Origin: Syncephalis fuscata S228
Taxonomy: Eukaryota; Fungi; Zoopagomycota
Direction: 5' to 3'
Length of the DNA: 64,000 nt
Assembly: GCA_025786725.1 (NCBI GenBank)
Contig: JAHLTZ010000024.1
Location: 124,001 to 188,000, forward strand
Positions 53,685 through 64,000 of this stretch are shown here, one piece after another. The stretch's first letter is position 1. Every line of letters begins with the position of its first letter. The position numbers and the translations under genes were made by a program. The notes under the pieces are model-generated. The model was not told where the DNA came from. It searched no databases and saw nothing but the letters and a program-made list of their open reading frames with translations.

Positions 53685-55734
53685 ATGATGTCTCACGACC
53701 TATCCATCGGCGTTTCTAAATTATCCGTAGAACCTGACAACATGAATGGACAGCCGTCAACGCTGACGGTTACAGCACCGGATACAACGGTAGCAGTGAA
53801 TACAAGCGTACAAACAGGCCATGTAATGTCCCCATTAGCGGAAGCACACCACCACGCCCCCACCGATGACCATCGATGCTATAGACATCGATCTGCTGAT
53901 CGAAGAAAAGCAGATGAGCGTATACATACTGAATTACAGCAGGTAAGTTGATTTGCCAACCAATTACGAAATTATTAACAGTATTTTATTAGGAATTACA
54001 GCAGTATTCAACAGCTGATCAAGACGCAATCCAGCAAGTCTGGAAGCTATTTGGTAGTGCAACGCCACAACTACGTCGAATAATGCTAGGTGGCATGCTA
54101 TTTCATTCTTGTCTGCCGCAGCTATCGTATCTTTCTCAGCATCTTGATCCATGTTACGTATCGACTTTCTTGCTACGTTACCCACCGAAATATCGTTCAA
54201 AATCCTTCGACATTTGGATGCACAGTCGCTGTGTCGTGCTGCACAAGTGTCGTCGATATGGCGACATTTAGCCGACGACGATGCAGTTTGGCGACGTATT
54301 TGTGAACAGCACATTGATCGTAAATGCACCAAATGCGGATGGGGTCTACCGCTATTGGACCGATCAAAACGAAGACGTTGCAAAGAAGATCGAGTAGTGC
54401 AAGAGCAGGCCGATCGACTACGCGGTGTTAGCCGAACGGATAGTCAAGAATATTTACGAGACCATGACGGCGCGTTGATTGAAAAGCACTCGGATAGCGA
54501 TGATGATCAGCACCAGAGTAAAAAGCCGCGCTTAACACATTCGACCACCGAATGTGATAATAGTCAACCAACAGCCATTACCGGTGCTGTTTCAGAACCT
54601 GTATGGCGTAGACCATGGAAAGAGGTGTATACAGAACGAGCTATTATTGAACGCAATTGGCGATGCGGTCAATATACATCTCGAGTACTAAAAGGCCATA
54701 CCGACGGCGTTATGTGTCTACAGTTTGATGATACTTATTTATGCACCGGCGGCTATGACGCTACAGTTCGTGTATGGTGTATTAAAACTGGCCGATGTCT
54801 ACGCCTGCTTAAAGGCCATACTCGGTGTGTACGTGCACTAACATTTGACGATGTTAAACTTGTAACTGCCTCAATGGATCGCACAATACGTGTATGGAAT
54901 TATCGCACTGGCGAATGCATGCGTATACTTGAAGGCCACACAGATGGCGTGGTGTGTATTAGTGCCAATCGTACACTGCTAGTTAGTGGAGGTGCCGATG
55001 CAACAGTCAAAGTATGGAACTTTGAGCAACGGTCCTGCCATACATTAAGAGGCCACACCGACTGGGTAAATGCGGTAGAGCTGCACCGCGACCGCTGGGT
55101 GTTCTCTGGATCCGACGACACTACAGTTAGACTGTGGGATTTAAAAAACTTTTATTGTGTTCGTATATTCCAAGGACATGTGGGACAAGTACAATCTATT
55201 TCTATTACGCCCAGCGGCAATGCTATGACAGATGAGGAATTTATTGCTTGGCTAGCTTTAGGCAAGGATGGGTCATCTACAGCATCAGTATCATCGTCGT
55301 CATCATCACCACCTGGGTCATCTGGAGCACAACATTCAGCATTATCACCCTCGACATTATCCACCAGCACAAATACCAACAATTCATTAGCTACATCACG
55401 TTCAGCCTATCATTCGCATGTACCACAGCTAATGACAGGTGCATTGGATAATACACTGCGTGTATTTAATCTACGAACTGGCGAATGTGAACGTACCTTC
55501 TTTGGCCACGTAGAAGGTGTTTGGTGCGTAGCTGTGGATTCATTACGTGTCGTAAGTGGTGCACACGATAAAACACTGCGTATATGGGACCCCAATACCG
55601 GCACCTGTATGCACTCATTCAACGGCCATCGAGGTGCCGTAACATGTGTCGGTCTTAGCGATACACGTGTTGTTACGGGCAGCGATGACTGTGAGATTCG
55701 TATTTGGGATTTTGGACCACAAGAAGGTATATAG
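53685..55734 (+). CDS. MET30: F-box/WD40 sulfur regulator Met30/SconB/Pof1
   Basis: HRCYRHRS, D-domain, IDFLATLPTEISFKIL F-box, CEQHIDRKCTKCGWGLPLL, seven WD40 repeats. Confidence 0.92.
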
Positions 55735-55876
55735 GAAGACAAGCATTTGTACAGAATTTTATTTAGTGTAGAGATATATTAGTTTATTATTTTTATGGTT
55801 TAGGAATAAATATATATTATTAAAACAATTAGTATTTAAATCATATAATCGGTTTATTCAGTTCATACTACATATA

Positions 55877-57670
55877 TTATAAAGCATGTGCATGATTAAT
55901 AGAATGAGAACCTAATGAAGGTGACGGCGATTCAGTAGGTTTTTCACCTATAGGATAGGCCCCTTCTGATGATAAAGAGTGTTGATGGTTATAATAACGT
56001 TGCCATTTTTGGCGTATATAGGCTGATACCACCGTCATTAACATACTTGTTAAAGGCGCAAATAAAAAGGCACAAAACACTTCCCAGCCAGGTACATAAA
56101 GTCCATCGGGGAATATCCATAAATACCAGCCACGACCAAAGTGGCCATATGCAATACCACCCACTACTGGTACAGATAAAATACCAAATAGCATACCGAC
56201 GAGCACGTCCAATCCTTGCACTAGTTTAAATGGACTAAAAAGACCCAAGAGAATAGGAGGAAAGGTTGCTGCAGCAAGTAGATCACCGATTAGATACAAT
56301 TGTAGTACATCCATACGCTTTAACGTTAGCGCAACAGCCGGTATATTGGCGGCAACAGCAAGTAGACGCACCCAATGAAGTGGTAGTCTATTTTGTAGTA
56401 AATCACCGCCAATAATGGCCGTCAATGCGCTTTGAAGTGTATCAACGCTTGAACAAACAAGTGAAATGGCCAATATTAAACAGAGACACAGCACGCCAAG
56501 CGGCATTGACTGCAATAAAGAGAAGAATGCTGTGCCACTTGCACTATCTGGCGTCCAATCCTTTGACCAAGCGGCTAATAGTCCCGATGCACCCAATGGT
56601 ATAGTAACTAATAAAGTTAACAGTGCAGCAATATAGACCGATTGACGTAAAGCACGATTTGTTTCTGCAGCATAAACACGTTGCCAAAATCCCTAATCAT
56701 CGATAATAAAGGTACTTAATTATAATAATTGTGTAATGTCAAGTAAATTACCTGGTGGAATAGATCGGCAAATGACACTGCCGCCGGTAAAACGAATATC
56801 ATTTTCCAGCCTAGAGGACTTGAATTCAACAGTCCAGATGAACTAGGCTTGCCCGGTTCAATAGAAACAGTAGTGGACACCGATATAATACCAATAATAA
56901 CAAGGATAACAATGAAATAGCCTAAATAAGCAAACATTAATAAAAAGGCGGCAAAAGCCATTTAACAAACCTTGAAATCCGTCAGTAATTAATGATGAAC
57001 GAAATCCACCATAGGCTAATAAATGGTAATAAATGATAAGTATGATTGGATGTGATTGGATATGTTTATGTATCCACCTGTATAAATAGTAGTTACTAGC
57101 GCAAGAATGGCTACTGGCACAATAGGATCCAGTTTGGTAAGCAATTCAATAACACCGCTGAGTGCTGTCATTTCACTTGTCATATAGACAACCATGAATA
57201 CAACTGATACAAGGCTGACCAGCCAATGGACTACAGGTCCAAATCGTCGTTTTATAAAATCTGACATCGTAAATCCATCGGGAGAATGTAACCGTACATA
57301 TGGACCAAGAATGGCAAACATAAATAACGGCAAAATACAGGCCAGTGTATAGGCAGCAATGCCCAATATACCAGCTACTGTAGCAATTTCTGGCAATGAA
57401 AATAGCACCCATGCACCCATACCTATAATAAAACCATTGTTATTTTACGCTAAATAGACATGTATTATGATGGTAAATAATACTATTGGTGAATATATTA
57501 CCAGTAGCAAAAAAGTTGACACCTAAAATAAATGGCTTTTGCGAAACGCCCATACTAAAAAACTCCTCAGTGCCACTTAGACGACGACCGGCATAAATAC
57601 CAATGGCCATAAAGGCCGCCAAGGTAAAATAAATAATTAAATTGGCTTGTAAATCAGTTAGTACCGCCAT
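55877..57670 (-). CDS. Sodium:solute symporter family transporter (Dur31-like), multi-exon
   Basis: NFFATG|MGAWVLFSLPEIA, YGGFRSSLITD, DLFHQ|GFWQRVYAA; many TM helices. Confidence 0.85.
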
Positions 57671-58048
57671 TTTAGTTATTGCTGAATAGTGCTGGTTCTA
57701 CAATCAATAATCAGCTGTTATACTCGTTAAATGCAGCAAATGAGTTGTAATTTTTTAGAATGCAATCGTTAGATGAATAAATAAGGCACAGTATAGGGGG
57801 TTGGCATGGTTGGCATGTTTAGTTACTAGTATTTATTCTTTACTTGTATGGCTATTAAACGTCTAATAGTGGACGGCATCCTTGACTAACGGGGCAAATC
57901 GGTAATTAATTTTTTATTTTTTTTCGGTATCTGAGTTTTAGTGATGACACAGATATTAAAATAAAAACTATTCTTTTCGTTCTAATATAACGACCACTAC
58001 GAAGACGACGAAGACGACGACGCATGTTCCTTTTGATCTCAATTCAAC

Positions 58049-59322
58049 ATGGATACAAGCGCAGCAACAGCAGCCGGGATCGTTAAACCCGCACCGGCCA
58101 TGTCGATCCCAAAGGAGTACGAGGGCCATGAGACGCGTAGTGGTTCCTGGTGGCCCAGCAGTCTATGGCAGGAGTTGCAGGTAAAGCGTCGCGCGCTTGA
58201 TCTGCCCTGTCCAGGTGCATTTGAACATCTGCATAAAGAGGTAAAAGGTAGTTGACGATTGCTGTAATCTCTGCGATCTACAGATACGATTCAACGTCGG
58301 CGACTGATTTTTTGCTATTACTGCTACTACTACTACTACTACTATAGGCACGTTTTTAACAAACCATCTGTTTGATGGCGCGCGCGCCGATATTACCAAA
58401 ATGTTATCGCCTAACTTCCAAGTATCGCATACATTCTCGCTTGGATCGTCGGCACTACCCTCGTCGTATATGTTTAACTCGGTATTTATGAATGAAAAGG
58501 TAAGGTATAACGAGTCAATAGCGAACGAGTCTAATACCATAATGGATATTAGTCATTCCTACAAGGCACGCTAGAAATGGACGGCAGTGTTCAAGCACGT
58601 GTACATCATGCAATTTCAAAGGCATTAACCTTTAAATGCAGCGCACAAGTAAGTAAAAATATCTTGTATAATAAATACGCGTATTTTATTAACACTGTGT
58701 GGTTATTATAGCTCACATCTAAAGAGGAGCATTGTATGTTCCAAGGAGAGATGGACTATCAAGGTGATGATTACACGATGAACCTTAAATCGATCAATCC
58801 TTGGATAGAAGGCACTGGCGTGTTTGTTGGTTCGTATTTGCAATCAATTACGAAACAGCTATCGTTGGGTGCAGAGTGCATTGTGCAAAAGCCAACTGTT
58901 GACATGGAACAGACACAAATGGCACTTGTAGCACGTTTAAAGGAAAAGGACGCTGTTACCACAGTACATCTACAAGGCATGGGCATTGCTCAAGCTTCCT
59001 ATTATCAGCGCGTTAATGAAAAGGTCGAGGTGGGCGCAGAACTACAATTGGCCGCTACCAAAGCACGCCGTGAAGCCATTTGTACAGTCGGTGCAAAATT
59101 CGATTTCCACCAGGCTACACTACGAGCACAGGCAGACACAACTGGCCGCATATCCATGTTACTTGAAGAGAAAATATTCCCCGGATTCACCTTTACCGTA
59201 TCGGGTGATCTTGATCACATGAAGGCAAGTATTGTATAAAAGATATAGTTTATAACTAATGAATGATCCATTATTAATAGGGCGAGAGTAAATTTGGCGT
59301 CGGATTTATGCTGGAAGGTTAA
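58049..59322 (+). CDS. TOM40: Mitochondrial import channel Tom40
   Basis: LPCPGAFEHLHKEVK, GARAD, SPNFQVSHTF, YLQSIT, SYYQRVNEKVEVGAE, KFGVGFMLEG*. Confidence 0.95.
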
Positions 59323-59503
59323 TATTGAAAACATTGTAGACGAATATAATTTTATTCTAGTCTGTCTATTGTGTTTTGTGTTTATATTTATTGTATTTGT
59401 GTGTAATTGATTAAGTAGTTAATTAGTTAGTGTCTAGTAGTGTAAATAAGTGTATAAAAAAAAGGCGCTTTCTTTTTTCTAAAAGACCCATTTTGCATTG
59501 AGC

Positions 59504-62284
59504 ATGTTAACAGCAACACGGCTGTTGACGGCCTATCAAACTCGTCTACTTTCTACGAGTTATAATACGAGTCGAGTGGCTGTAACGACTTCTACATCAT
59601 GGTAATCATAAGAATTATTCATTAATTCTATAAATATTCACGTATAATTAGGCAAGGCTATAGACTGACGCGACGGTCATGGCCAGCATTACAGCGTATA
59701 CGTATGGCATCGACGACAAGTGGCAACGATGCAGCTGTTGATAAAATTCGTAATATTGGTATTATTGCGCATATTGATGCAGGTATAGTAATTGTGTATA
59801 TATATAGTCTATATACAATGTATTTATTACAATAATGTTAGGAAAAACAACAACTACAGAACGTATGTTATATTATGCTGGTCTTACACGACGTATTGGA
59901 GGTAATTAGACGCAGTTAACAAAAAAGTTATTTATATACTAATTTCTTGTAACTAGAGGTTGATAGTGGCGATACAGTTACCGATTATTTAACACAGGAA
60001 CGCGAACGCGGTATTACTATTCAAGCTGCAGCTGTTACACTTGGCTGGCGTGATGCAAAAATCAATTTAATTGATACGCCCGGTCATGTTGATTTTACAG
60101 TAGAAGTCGAACGTAGTATACGCGTACTTGACGGTGCGGTAGCGGTTCTTGATGGTGCAGCCGGTGTTGAAGCACAGACGGAAACGGTCTGGCGACAGGC
60201 AGATCGATACGATGTACCGCGACTAGTATTTGCCAATAAGATGGATCGAGTGGGTGCTAGCTGGCATCGAGTATTATCAGATCTATCCAATACACTTGGT
60301 GCAATCGCACTACCTGTACAATTGCCGTATTTTAAAGGCACCGATTTTATTGGTATTATTGACATTGTCCGTATGGAATTACTAACTTGGAATAAGGCTG
60401 ATTCAGGCAGCACTTATGGTCGTGAATTATTAGGCACTACACATCTCTATTACAATGAAGCATTATTAGCGCGTAATAGGCTGGTTGAACAGCTTGCTGA
60501 GCTTGATGATGATATGATGGAAGTATTTCTTGCAGCTGAAGACACAGCACAACAAAATGATCACAATCCACTTGAATTAATCGCCATAGAAGCGATTCAA
60601 TCAGCTCTTCGACGATGTACATTAGCAAATCGCGCTGTACCTGTATTATGTGGGTCATCACTACGTAATATGGGTGTTCAGCCGTTGATGGATGCTGTTA
60701 TTGACTATTTACCATCGCCATTGGATTGTACAGCACCACAAGGTATACTTAATGATGGATCTATTGTACAGTAGGTGCCGATCCATCTAGCAATAAAATA
60801 TCGCCCACTGCCGATAAACAAGAACTATGTGCTCTGGCCTTTAAAGTCATTAGCGATGTACAGCGAGGACCTATGGTATTTGTACGTGTTTATTCAGGTA
60901 ATAATATAGTGCGGAATAATATTATTGACAAGTAAATATTAACATTACTATTTTAGGCATATTAGAGAATCGATCCATTTTGTACAATGTCAATACAAAT
61001 ACAAAAGAACGCGTCAATCGTTTATTTCAAATGTATGGCGATCAAACAGAACCATTAGATCAACTATCAGCCGGTAACATCGGCGTTCTAGTTGGTTTAA
61101 AGCATACACGCACAGGCGATACATTGGTACTGGAACAGCAACACCGACGTCAACGAAATGCAGTTGCCCGACTAGCCGGTGTAGATATTCCGCCACCTGT
61201 ATTCTTTTGTGCAATTGAACCGGCTTCTAGTGCTGATGAAAAGCCGTTACAAGAAGCACTGGACCATTTACTACTTGAAGATCCATCACTTCGCGTTCGT
61301 CTTGATAATGAATCAGGCCAAACATTATTGTGTGGTCAAGGTGAATTACATCTTGAAGTAGTCGGCGATCGATTAAAGCGTGACTTTAATGTTCGTGCCG
61401 AACAAGGCAAAGTGCGTATTTCGTATAGAGAAACAATTGCTATTGAACACCAAATCACCCTGCTTTATGATCGAGAATTATTTGGCACCCGTGGCCGTGC
61501 TAAAATAAGTATGACATTGACGCCCATGATGGTTGATTCTGATACAGGTCGGCCAATTTCACCTTATAATCAACCAGTCGATACTGAAGGCAATGTTATT
61601 CATATCAACCCCGAATGTTTAACCGAAGAAACGATTACAACTGCCACGGCTACTTCTACCGATCAACGAGGCACTAATGGTTTGGATATGGCAAATAATT
61701 CATTAGATAATACCACAGCAACTGCAGTGGTAGATGCCGTACGTGAAGGCATTGAAGCTGGATTAGCCCGTGGCTCATTATTAGGATTTCCTGTAACACA
61801 CGTAGCAGTTCGTGTGGATCAATTAGTGCTTTTTGCTAATGAGTCAACACCAGCAGCATTGCGTGCTTGTGCCGGCCAAGCAATCGGTGAAGGATTGGCA
61901 CAGGCACAGCCTACACTGCTTGAACCAACTATGCGTGTACAAATCCGTGTTCCTGAACGACATGTTGGCGCTGTTATGAGTGATCTGGGCGGTGGTACAC
62001 GACGAGGCCGTATTCTCTCAATGGACGACGACAGTGATGATTTAACCAACCAACAAGAATCTACATTTACATCTACAGCAGCATTAAAGCACGATACCAA
62101 TACAGCTTTAGCACAGCATCGACGTTTATCGGCCTCGGTTCCATTAGCGGGATTACTTGGCTATGCATCTGCATTAAGGTCGCTTACCGCGGGTACTGGT
62201 ACTTTCACTATGGAACTCTATGGCTATGGCTCATTGTCAGCCACTCAACAACAAGCAATTCTAACAGAGATGCGCGGTTATTAG
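59504..62284 (+). CDS. MEF2: Mitochondrial ribosome-recycling EF-G2 (RRF2mt)
   Basis: [64 protein letters not shown]; frame break at about 60770. Confidence 0.9.
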
Positions 62285-64000
62285 ATAGTATACTATTTGT
62301 ATAGAAATATATTGCTGCATATTGGCTGGTTTATTCTTTTTGTTTTATAATAGACTTTTAACTTGATGAATATGCTGTGTTTGATTACAAACCCAATACG
62401 TCGATTTGTACAGGTCTGGTGATAACTTAATTTGACTCCGATATACTTAAATGACGACAATACCAACAACAACAACACAATAGTGATTTTAATAGTAGCA
62501 TGTTAATAATGATAATAGTAATCGCAATAATGATATTAGTCAATTAATAACAATAGTAATAATGTTACCTTTATTAATAGATTAATAGTAATAATATTAA
62601 CTTTGTAATCGATATGTTTATTTGATATGCACACACACACACAACACTTTGATTTCCCCACCTGATCAAATACCCGCAGTTTCTTTCTCCAGTTCATATT
62701 TGCTCTCATTCTTTTTAACTCTTTATTCTCTCTTCTCTCTTCTCTTCTATCTATTTCTCTCTATTTCTACCGTTATCGTACGTCCTTGGTTTGTCGGGTA
62801 GGCACTATTAAATTGATTGCTACTGTGCTTTGTTTGCATTGCTGTTCGTCGCTTAGTCCTGCCCTATCGCATAAATAGTTACTGCTGTTGCTATCTTCTA
62901 ACAACAGCGATCAAGTAACTCGATAGCAAAAGCGTATTGGACTGATTTCTTATCCCAGTGACGAACGAGGCCTTTAAGATCTACAATAGCGGTGGTGATT
63001 TCATAGCGTCATTGCTGCATATAGTCTCTTGTTTAATCAATCGATCTATTACTGGCAGTGTATAAAATAACACCCTTGTTTGCCAGGCGTTCTCTTTTTG
63101 TTATATCGTCATAGCTTTTTGACCATATCACCTGCTTAACTTTCCTCTTTCTCACTTCCCACTGACTTCTTACTTACTCCACTTGCTCACCACTCTCTTC
63201 TTTCTCACTTTCTTCCTCGTCACTACTACCATCACTACTTCATCGCCTTAGCCCATCTACTATACTTTCACACAAGCAATAACAGCAGCGCACGTAAAGA
63301 GTGGACACACGCACAAGCGCACGCACAAACACACATAACCAGAGTACAATCGCGTATTTTGCTTCTTTGCGTTTCCTGTGTGTTTATAGCATACATTCAC
63401 GCTTTTTACGCTCAATATTACGTTGCCTCCAGTACAGTAAGTAGTTGGTCAATACACCGCTGCGAGATGAGAAATTCCTATACGCATAGTCATAGTCATT
63501 GTCCTGTATAACATGACTTTTATTTTTTACGCATCATCTCATCATAGATGGCAAGTCTATTTAATAGTAAAATGTTGATGCGCAGCCATAAGGCTAATAA
63601 CAGCATTGCTGTGGGTTTATGTTGTAGTAGATGTTCACTGTAGCCACTCTAGAACAATTTTCTTGTACAAAGAGGCACACGTGGGCTACATAGCGCGAGT
63701 ACTCACACGTGGACAACGATCAAGTACTGTCCTCTCTAGTAGCCCCTTCATCTAATTGCTTGTTGTAACTCTTTTTCTCTTCATACGTTTACTGTACTAT
63801 TCGTCTTTTTCATTCTCACTTAATTTCAATCATTTGCTTACTGATTCCGCTGTATTAATGCAAAATCTCATTCTGTTACTTACATTCTGACTAATATAGC
63901 CTCTTGTTCTTTTGACCATTCGTTATCGCATACTGCCCGTTTTACAGCAAACAGTTTAGAATTGGTCGACAAATTGTGTTATGATGGCGAGTAACAGAAA

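Noticed and set aside
56716-56975. Apparent frameshift in the SSS transporter
   Set aside because: It is explained by a normal 49-nt GTTTGT...TTAG intron.

Overview
Eukaryotic, gene-dense and intron-rich DNA with short AT-rich GT-AG introns (mostly about 50-70 nt). Gene content and style suggest an early-diverging fungus (Zoopagomycota/Mucoromycota-like; this is inference). It holds about 20 protein genes: CMC4, ELP3, mitochondrial bL36, NDUFAF6, an MGRN1-type RING E3, a class I PDE, a CaMKK, an AA11-like LPMO, TMEM62-like, a voltage-sensor-only protein, RBM42, a class 3 lipase, Yippee, SPT5, an ARM/HEAT protein, MET30, an SSS transporter, TOM40 and MEF2. There is also an intron-containing tRNA-Tyr(GTA). 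A gene-poor repeat island at about 17.5-32 kb contains a foldback/long-TIR element family, two near-identical 740-bp inverted copies 13 kb apart, and a 2-kb 26-bp satellite. The most notable hidden signal is a pair of decayed elements with TIR-like ends (about 7.84-8.49 kb and 37.62-38.14 kb). Their minus strands translate to the C-terminal zinc-finger/RuvC-III region of a Fanzor (eukaryotic TnpB) RNA-guided nuclease. Three genes each need one extra base to stay in frame, which points to possible consensus deletion errors. All exon structures were read by eye.
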